This document shows, piece after piece, positions 1-8,914 of a stretch of DNA of 32,000 bases. The position numbers were made by a program, and so were the translations under genes. The notes beneath the pieces are model-generated. The model did no database searches and was not told the DNA's origin. It saw only the letters and a program-made list of their open reading frames with translations. The stretch's first letter is position 1. The number at the start of each line of letters is the position of its first letter. This stretch comes from Alkalilimnicola ehrlichii MLHE-1 (GTDB lineage: Bacteria; Pseudomonadota; Gammaproteobacteria; Nitrococcales; Halorhodospiraceae): contig NC_008340.1 of assembly GCF_000014785.1 (NCBI RefSeq), positions 2,220,001 to 2,252,000 of the forward strand, in the 5' to 3' direction.

Positions 1-281
1 TCCACACCCCGCCATGGACTGCCACGCCCCTGCGGGGCTCCCAGTGACGGTGGGGGAAGCCCCCGTCATCGCGAGGAGCGCAGCGACGCGGCGATCCACA
101 CCCCGCCTGGACTGCCACGCCCCTGCGGGGCTCCCAGTGACGGTGGGGGAAGCCCCCGTCATCGCGAGGAGCGAAGCGACGCGGCGATCCACACCCCGCC
201 ATGGACTGCCACGCCCCTGCGGGGCTCCCAGTGACGGCGGGGGAAGCCCCCGTCATCGCGAGGAGCGCAGCGACGCGGCGA
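1..281. repeat. Tandem array of three near-identical ~94-bp units (1-94, 95-187, 188-281), truncated by the window edge and followed by a degenerate partial unit (~282-330)
   Basis: Direct reading: the units differ only by one 1-nt indel (gccatgg vs gcctgg) and two substitutions. Each unit contains a GC-rich hairpin tgacgg(t)ggg-ggaag-cccccgtca (e.g. 45-68). Unit lengths of 94/93/94 break any reading frame. Confidence 0.9.
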
Positions 282-353
282 TCCAGGTGGCGCGTGGACT
301 GTCAGGTCGCTTGCCGCCTCGCTGTGCCGACCGGACACCCAATGGCGTTCAGC

Positions 354-2492
354 TCACCGATGCCGGAGTTCCCAGCAATAATGCACGTGGGGATTACGGG
401 CGTAATCTGGGGGGATCGTCTCCCGGGTGATCTCCCGGCAGGCGTAGTCGGACGCCACCGCCTCATCCAGGGAAAACCCCCGCCGGTTACAGGAAAAGAC
501 CAACAACCCATCCGGGGCCAGCAACTGCATGGCCTGGCGGATCAGCCGGGGGTGATCGCGCTGCACGTCGAAGCTCTCGCACATGCGCTTGGAGTTGGAA
601 AAGGTCGGCGGGTCCATGAAGATCAGGTCGTAACGCCCGGGCCGGCTTTCCGCCTGCCCGGCCAGCCAGGCCAGGCAGTCCGCCCGCTCCAGCCGATGGC
701 GCGCTCCCGGCTCGATGCCGTTAAGCAGGAGATTATCCCGCGCCCAACCCAGGTAGGTGGCCGACAGGTCCACGGTGATGGTCTCTCTGGCACCGCCTAA
801 CGCCGCATGCACCGTCGCCGTTCCGGTATAGGCGAACAGATTGAGGAACCGCCGCCCCCTGGCCTGCTCCCCGAGTCGCAGCCGGGTGATGCGATGATCC
901 AGGAACAGACCGGTATCGAGATAATCGCTCAGGTTGATGTAGAACCGGGCCGGGCCCTCCTGCACCACCCACCGCTCGCCGGTCTGGTCCACCGGGCGGT
1001 ACTGGTCCGCCCCCTTCTGCCGGCGGCGCACCTTAAGGTGAACCCGCTCCGGCCCCACCTCCAGGTGCGCCGCGATCACCTCCAGCGCCTCACGCAGCCG
1101 CCGCCGGGCGCTGCGTGGGTCGACGCTGCGCGGGGCCTGATACTCCTGGACATGGGCATGGCGCCCCGATTCCGTTTCGTAGACATCCACCGCCAGCGCA
1201 TACTCCGGCAGATCACCGTCGTACAACCGGTAGGCCTTAACGCCCTCGCGTCGCAACCAGCGCCGGAGGTGGCGGTGATTCTTCTGCAGCCGGTTGTCCA
1301 GGGCCGTGGCCCCCTGACTCCGCCGGTCCGCGCCCTGCTCACGCAGGGCGAAGACGGCCAGTTGGGTCTCCAGGGCACCGTTATACAAGGCGTGCCGGCG
1401 GGCGATGGAAAGCCCCAGGTAATCGAGCAGCTCCGGCGCACCGCTAAAGACGGCACCCTGCCAGCCACCGAAGGCCCCTCGCAGGCGGGCCCCCAGGCTG
1501 GCGTAGAGGGTGACCAGTGCCTGGCGCTGGCCCAACCGCTCCCCATATGGAGGATTGACCACCACCAGACCCGGCCGCTCCCCGACCGGTTCCGCCGCCT
1601 CCAGCGACCGGCGCTCGAAGTGGACGCGGTCTCGCAGCCCCGCCCGCTCGCGATTGTCCAACGCCGCGCGGATCGCCTGCGGGTCCTGATCGTAGCCCAC
1701 CAGCGCCAGCCGTCGCCGGCCCCCGGCGGCGGCGCGCTCCTCGGCCTCGTCGCGCAGACGCTTCCAGTAGACCGGGACGTGCCCTGCCCAGCGGCTGAAG
1801 CCCCAGCGCTCGCGCCCCAGCCCCGGAGCACGGTCCAGCGCCATCAGGGCCCCCTCCAGCACCAGCGTCCCGGAGCCACACATGGGGTCGAGCAGACCAC
1901 CGCCGTCCTCGGCAATGCGCGGCCACCCCGCCAGCCAGAGGAGTCCGGCGGCCAGGTTCTCTTTCAGGGGGGCACGGCCCCCGCCCTGGCGGTAACCACG
2001 CCGGTGTAGGCTCTCGCCGGAAAGGTCGATCCCCAGACGCAGCCGCCCGCCCGCCAGTACCGCATTGATGCGCAGATCCGGGGCGGCCGTGTCCACCGAG
2101 GGCCGGGGGTGGCCAACGGCCCGCATGCGATCCACCACCCCATCCTTCACCCGCTGCGCCCCGAACCGGGTATGGCGGATGGCGGCATTGCTGCCATGAA
2201 AATCCACCGCCAACGTGTCACCCGGCAACAGATGGTCCTCCCAGGGCAGGTCGCGAGCTGCTTGATAAAGGCCGTCGGCATCCTCCACCGGGACGGTGCT
2301 CAACCCGAGCAGGATCCGGCTGGCGAGTCGGGACCATAGGCAGGCCCGGAGCGCACTCTCCAGATCCCCCTCCCAGGCGACCCCGGCGCGCTGCGCCCGG
2401 GGCTGGGCGACCCCGAGCCGGGCCAACTCCTCGACCAGCGCCGGCTCCAGGCCCCGGGGGCAGGCCGCAAACAGGGAATGGTGTTCGTTCAC
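354..2492 (-). CDS. rlmL: Bifunctional 23S rRNA methyltransferase RlmKL/RlmL (m2G2445 / m7G2069)
   Basis: 712-aa ORF with a GTG start. The N-terminus [16 protein letters not shown] resembles E. coli RlmL (MNSLFASTARGLEE...). It has an NPPY methyltransferase motif ([11 protein letters not shown]) and a second C-terminal SAM-MTase half. Confidence 0.88.
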
Positions 2493-2499
2493 CCGGTCA

Positions 2500-3054
2500 T
2501 TACCACATCAGGTCGTCGGGAATGGGGTGCTCCTCGTAGGCGGGATCGGCGTCGCCGCCGCCGGGCTCATTGAGGAGGACCAACGCCTCGGGATGCTGCT
2601 CGCGGACCTTCTCCCCCGTCTCCCGGGGCACCAGGGCGTACTCCCGGTCCAGCGCCACCACCGCCAGACGGCCCTCGGCCAAGGAGCGGGCCTGGTGTTC
2701 GGTCACGAGGATCCGCTTGATCACCTTGCCGACCGCAAAGTGGAAGGGCACCTCGCCCCGGTTGTCGTCCACCCGGACCTTGCGGATCAACTGCTGGACG
2801 GCGGCACGCCCGGCCTTTGCCGCCTTGGCGGCCTCACGCCGGCGGTTCAGCTCGCGATCACGCGCGCGCTTCTCCGCCTGTGCCCGTTGCGCCTGGCGCT
2901 CCGCCTGGTCGGCGGTGGTGTCGGGTTTGGCCGCCTTGCCGCCTTTACGCCGGTTTTTTGAGCGACGCCGTTCGCGCAGTTCACGCTGTGCATCCTTGGC
3001 CTGCTCCTTGGATGCCAGGCCCGCCTTTAAAAGTTGATCCTGCAACGATTCCAT
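2500..3054 (-). CDS. DUF2058 / YaiL-like protein (Lys/Arg-rich N-terminus)
   Basis: 184-aa ORF. The basic coiled N-terminal half and the C-terminal ...PIPDDLMW end match my memory of the E. coli YaiL family. It ends 7 nt before the rlmL start, so it is probably co-transcribed. Confidence 0.75.
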   Translation of the reverse strand: MESLQDQLLKAGLASKEQAKDAQRELRERRRSKNRRKGGKAAKPDTTADQAERQAQRAQAEKRARDRELNRRREAAKAAKAGRAAVQQLIRKVRVDDNRGEVPFHFAVGKVIKRILVTEHQARSLAEGRLAVVALDREYALVPRETGEKVREQHPEALVLLNEPGGGDADPAYEEHPIPDDLMW

Positions 3055-3187
3055 GATGGTCGGCCCGAGCCATTATCCGCTTTGGGGAAACGGGTAGGCT
3101 AGCAGGCGCCGCCCGGGGCGCCAAGGACCGGCCATTACACTAAAACCCTGGTGGAAAACCCCGGTTCCATACATTACAGTTAAGCAT

Positions 3188-3203
3188 GTGTCGTATACGA
3201 CAC
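3188..3203. promoter_or_regulatory. 16-bp perfect palindrome GTGTCGTATACGACAC in the divergent DUF2058/porin intergenic region (candidate operator)
   Basis: Read directly. The half-sites GTGTCGTA/TACGACAC are exact reverse complements. It sits in the least GC-rich part of a 330-bp divergent control region, about 180 nt upstream of the porin start. Confidence 0.4.
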
Positions 3204-3383
3204 GCCTGTTGTTTTCACGAGACATTCGCCAGCGCCTTGCTGGCACGGGATTTTCGGCCCGCGGCACGTCTCCGGCACCCAGCCGGGCCGTGGGCCAGGG
3301 GTCAGGCCGGCGGGCGGGGCGACTCCCACCAGCCGGCCCGGGTAGCAGAAGCAATCCATTGGATGAAGAGGAGTACGCCACTC

Positions 3384-4601
3384 ATGATGCGTAAACTGAC
3401 CTGCTATTGCAGCGCGGCGGCGCTGGCTGCCGGTGCGTCGCTCTCCGGCGCGGTGATGGCCGACGAGGCCCGGATTGCCGAACTCGAGGAGCGTATCGAG
3501 GCGCTGGAGGCGAGTCCGGCCACCGGCGACGGCATCCGGTTCGGGGGCGCGCTGCGCTTCAACGTCCGTTACGACGACACCGACGCCGGCTCCGCCATCC
3601 GCGACCGCGGCGGCGATATCAACCTGGACACCTTCCGCGTCAACGTGGACGGCCGCCAGGATCGGGTGACCTTTGCCGCCGAGTATCGCTGGTATCCGGA
3701 CTTCGACCAGCACTTCCTGCACACCGGCTGGGTGGGCTACGACTTCACCGACACCACCACGGCCCGGATTGGTCAGCAGCGTGCCGCCTTCGGCCTGCAG
3801 CCCTACCAATCCAACAACTTCTGGTTCAGCAGCAACTACTATGTCGGGCTGGAGGACAAGCTAGCCATCGGCATCAACGTAGACCATGAGCAGGGCCCGC
3901 TGAAGCTGGACCTGGGCTTCTTCAGCAACCCGGCCTCCGGCAGCGCCGGCAGCTCCGGGCACTACTCCACCGAGGTGGCCCCGGCCGCTGACTGTGGCGC
4001 CGGTGCCGACGCCGGGTTGTGCAACGAGGAGATGAACCAACTCTACGCCCGCGCCGCCTACACCTTCGACCATGGACCGGACGCCGCCACTGAGTTCGGC
4101 ATCTCCGGCATGGCCGGCAAACTGCGCAACACCCTGACCGGTGACCGCGGTGACAGCTGGGCGGCGGCCGCGCACCTCAACGGCCAGTATCAGCGCTGGA
4201 ATGTCATGGCCCAGTTTGCCTCTTACGAGCATGATCCGCGCAACCCGGACGGGGCCAACGACGACATCATCAACATGAGCATCCAGGGCTTTACCGGCTT
4301 TGGGACCCCGTCAGAGGCGGACACCTTTATCCTGAATGTCGCCTACGACCTGCCGGTCAGCTTCGGCCCGGTGAGCAACCTGCGCTTCTACAACGACTAC
4401 TCCACGGTGCGGAGCAAGTCCGACAGCTCCCGCAACACGGAGCAGAACGTCACCGGGATGTCCATCACCGCGGGTAACATCTTCACCTACGTGGACATCA
4501 TCCGTGGCAAGAACCAGCCCTTTGTCGGCGGCCAGACCATGGTCGGTGATGACGGCAGCTGGGAGACCCTGTACAACATCAACATCGGCTACTATTTCTG
4601 A
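3384..4601 (+). CDS. Outer-membrane beta-barrel porin with an N-terminal coiled-coil segment (family unresolved: Porin_O_P-like or DcaP-like)
   Basis: Start chosen at ATG 3384 (SD GAGGAG about 10 nt upstream); ATG 3363 is an alternative. Signal peptide MMRKLTCYCSAAALAAGASLSGAVMA/DE, then the heptad-like stretch ARIAELEERIEALEA. The rest shows alternating Tyr/Gly/Asn-rich strands and a C-terminal ...INIGYYF aromatic terminus typical of OMPs. Confidence 0.8.
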   Translation: MMRKLTCYCSAAALAAGASLSGAVMADEARIAELEERIEALEASPATGDGIRFGGALRFNVRYDDTDAGSAIRDRGGDINLDTFRVNVDGRQDRVTFAAEYRWYPDFDQHFLHTGWVGYDFTDTTTARIGQQRAAFGLQPYQSNNFWFSSNYYVGLEDKLAIGINVDHEQGPLKLDLGFFSNPASGSAGSSGHYSTEVAPAADCGAGADAGLCNEEMNQLYARAAYTFDHGPDAATEFGISGMAGKLRNTLTGDRGDSWAAAAHLNGQYQRWNVMAQFASYEHDPRNPDGANDDIINMSIQGFTGFGTPSEADTFILNVAYDLPVSFGPVSNLRFYNDYSTVRSKSDSSRNTEQNVTGMSITAGNIFTYVDIIRGKNQPFVGGQTMVGDDGSWETLYNINIGYYF

Positions 4602-4629
4602 TCCGATAGGCGACTGTTGTACACGCCAT

Positions 4630-4657
4630 AACGCGGGCCCCTGGCCCGCGTTTTTTT
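4630..4657 (+). terminator. Rho-independent terminator of the porin gene (possibly weakly bidirectional for truC)
   Basis: aacgcgggcc-cct-ggcccgcgtt stem followed by T7 (4651-4657). It lies 29 nt after the porin stop and 2 nt from the convergent truC stop. Confidence 0.8.
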
Positions 4658-4659
4658 GC

Positions 4660-5400
4660 CTAGATCCCATCCGCGCCTGCCAGCCCCGACCCCCTCAGCA
4701 CCGCCCTCCAGGCCTCATTCAGCGGGCAGTCAAGGTGCAGCCGCGCCCCTGTCCCGGGATGCCGAAAGGCAAGCCGTGTCGCCCGCAACAGTAATTCACT
4801 GGCACCAAACCGCTCCCGGAACAGGCGGTTGTGGGGCCCCTTGCCGTAGGTGGTGTCACCGATGATCGGGTGGCTGATGTGCTTCATGTGCCGCCGCAAC
4901 TGATGTTGCCGGCCGGTGATGGGGCGCAGCTCCAACAGCGCGTAGCGTGCGGTCGGATGCGGCGGCATGGGGATCGGCAGCTCTGTGGTCGCGAGTCGGT
5001 GGAAATCGGTGACCGCCGGCTGGCGCTCGGATCGCCCGGGTCGCCGGAGCGGGTGCTCCACCCGCCCCTGCTCCAACGGCCAGCCCCGAACCACTGCTAG
5101 GTAGCGTTTCTCCACCTCACGCTGCTGAAACTGCGCAGCGAGGGCCCGCGCGGCCTCGGGATGCAGGGCGAACACCACCAACCCCGACGTGGGCGGGTCC
5201 AGCCGGTGCACCGGCCAGAGCCACTGGCCGAGCTGGTCGCGCAGCCGTTGCAGCAACACAGCGTCGCCGGGATGGCGGCGGGACCGGTGCACCGGCATAC
5301 CCGCCGGCTTGTCCACCGCCACCAGGTCGTGATCCCGGTGGATAATGTCCAGGGGCGCGTCCGAAGTCATGGTGAGAGGGATCGTCGGGGCGGCGCGCAC
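4660..5400 (-). CDS. truC: tRNA pseudouridine(65) synthase TruC (RluA family)
   Basis: Catalytic motif HRLDPPTSG. The stretch ...KRYLAVVRGW...GRQHQLRRHMKHISHPIIGDTTYG tracks E. coli TruC closely. GTG 5400 has a GGAGGA SD about 10 nt upstream; ATG 5370 is an alternative start. Confidence 0.82.
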   Translation of the reverse strand: MRAAPTIPLTMTSDAPLDIIHRDHDLVAVDKPAGMPVHRSRRHPGDAVLLQRLRDQLGQWLWPVHRLDPPTSGLVVFALHPEAARALAAQFQQREVEKRYLAVVRGWPLEQGRVEHPLRRPGRSERQPAVTDFHRLATTELPIPMPPHPTARYALLELRPITGRQHQLRRHMKHISHPIIGDTTYGKGPHNRLFRERFGASELLLRATRLAFRHPGTGARLHLDCPLNEAWRAVLRGSGLAGADGI

Positions 5401-5445
5401 CCCGCCACCGTCCTCCCCCGGCCCCAGGAGGGGCCAGAGGGGTGG

Positions 5446-5805
5446 CTAGTCCTGCGATGCCGCCCGGCGCAGGCGGTCACTCCGCTCCTTGCGTTTCTGC
5501 AGGTGCTTGCGCAGATCGTGCCGATAGATGAAGCCCGGGAGTGCGAATACCGCAAACAGGCACAGGGTGGTCACATAGAACACCCAGTCCTTGGGATAGA
5601 TGTCGCCGGTGACGCTGTACTCCAAGCCAATGGCGGCCGCCCCGGCGACCAGGTAATACACCCCCCATTCCAGGAAGCGCACCCACTCCCGTTTACCCCG
5701 GGGCGGGGTTGGCGCGACAAGGAAGACGCGCTCGGTCAGCCAGGGCAGATTGGCCGCCACCACCGCGAGCAGGAATAGCAACGCGATCGCACTGTTCTCA
5801 CCCAT
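5446..5805 (-). CDS. Small 3-TM integral membrane protein (DUF2818-like, from memory), translationally coupled to nuoN
   Basis: 119-aa ORF with three hydrophobic helices and a basic C-tail. Its ATG (5803-5805) overlaps the nuoN stop (5798-5800) by 8 nt. Third codon positions are strongly G/C, as in the flanking genes. Confidence 0.65.
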   Translation of the reverse strand: MGENSAIALLFLLAVVAANLPWLTERVFLVAPTPPRGKREWVRFLEWGVYYLVAGAAAIGLEYSVTGDIYPKDWVFYVTTLCLFAVFALPGFIYRHDLRKHLQKRKERSDRLRRAASQD

Positions 5806-7264
5806 AACTCACGCCAAAGGCCGCCATGCAGGCGGAGATCAGGCTGTCCGGGAAGATGCCAAGCAGCAGCACGGCGATGCCGTTCGCCACCAGAAGGCCT
5901 CGCATCGCCGGCGAGCCGGTTTGCGGCGGCGCGTCCGTCTCGGGCTTATCAAAGTAGACGAACTTGAGGACCCGCAGGTAGTAGAAGGCGCCGATAACGG
6001 CGAAGACCACGGCGAACACCGCCAGCCAGACCAGGCCCACGTCCACCACCGATTTGATCACCAACCACTTTGCGTAGAAGCCCACCGTGCCGGGGATACC
6101 GGTCATGGAGAACATCAACAACAGCATCATCAGCGCCATGGCCGGACTGCGATCGTTCAGCCCCTTGAAGTCACTGATATTCTCCGCCTCAAAGCCGCGG
6201 TGGGAGAGGAGGATGATGAGACCAAATGCCCCGGCCGACATGATGCCGTAGGTGATGGCGTAGAACAGCGCCGTCGAGTAGCCCTCAGCGGTGCCGGCAA
6301 TGAAGCCGAGCAGGATAAAGCCCACGTGTGACGCGGTGGAGTAGGCCAGCATGCGTTTGATGTTGGTCTGCGCCAATGCCGCCAGGTTACCCACCACCAG
6401 GGAGGCCACCGCGAGCAGGATGATCATCGGTTGCCACTGGTCGTGGATTGGCCCCAGTCCCTCGGAGAGCAGCCGGACGAACAGCGCCACCGCCGCGACC
6501 TTGGGTGCGGTGCTGGCGAACAGCGCCACCGTGGTCGGCGCGCCCTGATAGACGTCGGGCATCCAAGTGTGGAACGGCACGGCGCCGAACTTGAAGGCCA
6601 CGCCTACCACCACCAGGGTCATCCCGAGCAGCAACAGCCAATCGTTCGCGCCCTGCTCACCGGCATAGACCGCCACCTCGGCCAGGTTCAGCGAGCCCGT
6701 GGCGCCGTAGATCAGGGACATGCCGTAGAGCAGGATGCCCGAGGCGATGGCACCCAGAACGAAGTATTTCATCGCCGCCTCGGTGGCCCGCAGGTTATCG
6801 CGGTTAAAGGCCACCATGGCGTACAGGGTGAGCGCCAGCAGCTCCAGGCCCAGGTAGACCGTCATGAGATTGTGCGCCGAGGCCATGATCATCATGCCCA
6901 GCAGCGAAAAGAGCCCGAGCACGAAGTACTCACCCTTGAGCAGGCCGCGGTCCTCCAGGTAATCGCGGCAGTAGGCAAAGCTGAGGAAGCCCAGACCGGC
7001 GATGGCCACCTTAAGGACCGCCGCCAGGTTGTCGGAGACATAGGTGCCACTGAAGGTGACCGCAGGCTCACCCCAATGGGCGACAATGGCCAGCACCCCC
7101 GCCACCACCAGGGTGAACTGGGTCAGCATGAAGGTCATCCCGCGGCGGCTGTCCTGGCTGTACAGGTCCACGACCAGCACCACACAGGCCATCACCAGCA
7201 TCCAGATCTCCGGCAGCGCCAGGGAAAAATCCGGCATCACGAAGTCCGGCGTCTCGACGGTCAT
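5798..7264 (-). CDS. nuoN: NADH-quinone oxidoreductase subunit N
   Basis: 488-aa polytopic antiporter-like protein in last position of the nuo operon. SD GAGGA lies upstream of the ATG. Confidence 0.92.
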   Translation of the reverse strand: MTVETPDFVMPDFSLALPEIWMLVMACVVLVVDLYSQDSRRGMTFMLTQFTLVVAGVLAIVAHWGEPAVTFSGTYVSDNLAAVLKVAIAGLGFLSFAYCRDYLEDRGLLKGEYFVLGLFSLLGMMIMASAHNLMTVYLGLELLALTLYAMVAFNRDNLRATEAAMKYFVLGAIASGILLYGMSLIYGATGSLNLAEVAVYAGEQGANDWLLLLGMTLVVVGVAFKFGAVPFHTWMPDVYQGAPTTVALFASTAPKVAAVALFVRLLSEGLGPIHDQWQPMIILLAVASLVVGNLAALAQTNIKRMLAYSTASHVGFILLGFIAGTAEGYSTALFYAITYGIMSAGAFGLIILLSHRGFEAENISDFKGLNDRSPAMALMMLLLMFSMTGIPGTVGFYAKWLVIKSVVDVGLVWLAVFAVVFAVIGAFYYLRVLKFVYFDKPETDAPPQTGSPAMRGLLVANGIAVLLLGIFPDSLISACMAAFGVSYG

Positions 7265-7346
7265 AGCAGATCCTCAGCAACGGGCCGCCGGCGCGGCCCC
7301 TCGTTCCCATGTCAGTTTGGTAAATCCGTGGTCCGGCCGCCCCGGT

Positions 7347-8852
7347 TCAGGCACCCGTGACCTGGTTCAGCAGGTGAAGCAGGCTCGGCTCCATCACCTC
7401 AACCAGCGGGGCCGGCCACAGGCCCAGGAGCAGCACCATGGCCGCCAGCAGCCCCAGCACCAGCACCTCGCGCCGATTCACGTCCTCGAGCTTGGCCACA
7501 TTCTCGTTGGCCACCTCGCCAAAGATCACCCGCTTCACCATCCACAGCGAGTAGGCGGCCCCCAACACCAGGGTGGTCCCCGCCACGAAGGCGTACCAGA
7601 AGTTCGCCTGGAAGGCCGCCAGGATAACCATGAACTCGCCGACGAAGCCGGAGGTGCCCGGCAGCCCGGCATTGGCCATGGCGAACAGGACGAAAAAGGC
7701 GCCAAACCAGGGCATGGTGTTGATCACGCCGCCGTAGTCGGCGATCTGGCGGGAGTGCATGCGATCGTACAGAACGCCGACGCAGAGGAACATGGCCGCC
7801 GAGATGAAGCCGTGGGAGATCATCTGGACCATGCCACCCTGCAGCGCCAGCATGCCCCCCTGCTCACCGCCCCCGTTGGCCATGATCTGGAAGATCAGGA
7901 AGAAGCCCAGGGTCACGAAGCCCATGTGGGCGATGGAGGAGTAGGCGATCAGCTTCTTCATATCCTTCTGGACCATGGCCACCAGGCCGATATAGGCCAC
8001 GGCCACCAGGGACATGAGGATGATCAGCCAGTCCAGCGTCATGCTGGCCTCCGGGGTGATCGGCAGCGAGAAGCGCAGGAAGCCGTAGCCGCCGATCTTC
8101 AGCATGATCGCCGCCAGGATCACGGACCCCCCGGTGGGCGCCTCCACGTGGGCGTCCGGCAACCAGGTGTGCACCGGCCACATGGGCACCTTCACCGCGA
8201 ACGCGCCCAGGAAGGCCAGGAAGATGAGCACCTGGGCGGTGAGCCCCAGGTCGAGGCCGTGCATGTCCAGGATGCCGAAGCTGCCGGCCTGCAGCCGCAG
8301 GTAGATCACCGCCACCAGCATGAGCACGGAGCCCAGGAAGGTGTAGAGGAAGAATTTGATGGTCGCGTAGATGCGGTTGGCCCCGCCCCAGATGCCGATG
8401 ATCAGGAACATCGGCACCAGCATCGCCTCGAAGAAGACGTAGAACAGGATGGCATCAAGGGCGGAGAACACGCCCACCATGATGCCCTCCATAATCAGGA
8501 AGGCGGCCAGGTATTGGGACGGCCGATACTTGATCACCTCCCAGCCGGCAATGACCACCAACAGGGTACAGAAGGTGGTGAGGATGATCAGCGGCATGGA
8601 GATGCCGTCCACACCCAGGTGATAGTACACCTGCAGCGCCGATACCCACTCCCGCTGCTCCACGAACTGCATCTCGTGGGTGCCCGGCTCGAAGCCGAAA
8701 TACAGCGGGAGGCTGGCCAGGAAGGTCACCAGCGCAATACCCAGAGCCGTCCAGCGGACCCGATCGGGCGCACTGTCCCCCAGGACCATCACCGCTACCC
8801 CACCGAGGATGGGCAGCCAGATCAGCAGACTCAGCAACCAACCGTCAAACAT
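7347..8852 (-). CDS. nuoM: NADH-quinone oxidoreductase subunit M
   Basis: 501-aa antiporter-like subunit in the conserved operon position between nuoL and nuoN. Confidence 0.92.
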   Translation of the reverse strand: MFDGWLLSLLIWLPILGGVAVMVLGDSAPDRVRWTALGIALVTFLASLPLYFGFEPGTHEMQFVEQREWVSALQVYYHLGVDGISMPLIILTTFCTLLVVIAGWEVIKYRPSQYLAAFLIMEGIMVGVFSALDAILFYVFFEAMLVPMFLIIGIWGGANRIYATIKFFLYTFLGSVLMLVAVIYLRLQAGSFGILDMHGLDLGLTAQVLIFLAFLGAFAVKVPMWPVHTWLPDAHVEAPTGGSVILAAIMLKIGGYGFLRFSLPITPEASMTLDWLIILMSLVAVAYIGLVAMVQKDMKKLIAYSSIAHMGFVTLGFFLIFQIMANGGGEQGGMLALQGGMVQMISHGFISAAMFLCVGVLYDRMHSRQIADYGGVINTMPWFGAFFVLFAMANAGLPGTSGFVGEFMVILAAFQANFWYAFVAGTTLVLGAAYSLWMVKRVIFGEVANENVAKLEDVNRREVLVLGLLAAMVLLLGLWPAPLVEVMEPSLLHLLNQVTGA

Positions 8853-8914
8853 CCGCTATTTCCTTACCAAATCAAAGTCCGCGAGACGGGTTCCTGCCTG
8901 GCGCTCGCCCCAAC

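Noticed and set aside
1-281. CRISPR array interpretation of the left-edge repeats
   Set aside because: The whole 94-bp unit is repeated nearly identically, with no unique spacers between short repeats. No cas genes are in the window.
14-800. ORFs 14..430 and 201..800 as repeat-containing proteins
   Set aside because: The unit length is not a multiple of 3, so successive units are read in different frames. The 3' parts of both ORFs run antisense to rlmL, and the composition is Arg/Pro/Ala-rich noise.
3188-3203. Assigning the palindrome to a known regulator (LexA CTGT-N8-ACAG, CRP TGTGA-N6-TCACA, NifA TGT-N10-ACA, Pho box direct repeats)
   Set aside because: The critical bases or spacings do not match: it reads GTGT rather than CTGT, GTGTC rather than TGTGA, has N8 rather than N10, and is an inverted rather than direct repeat. 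I therefore leave the factor unassigned.
3186-3383. N-terminal 66-aa extension of the porin ORF (track start 3186), and the minus-strand ORF 3073..3381
   Set aside because: The extension precedes a canonical signal peptide that has its own SD at 3368-3373. It starts inside the palindrome and is Arg/Pro/Ala-rich. The minus-strand ORF spans the same intergenic DNA with similar noise-like composition.
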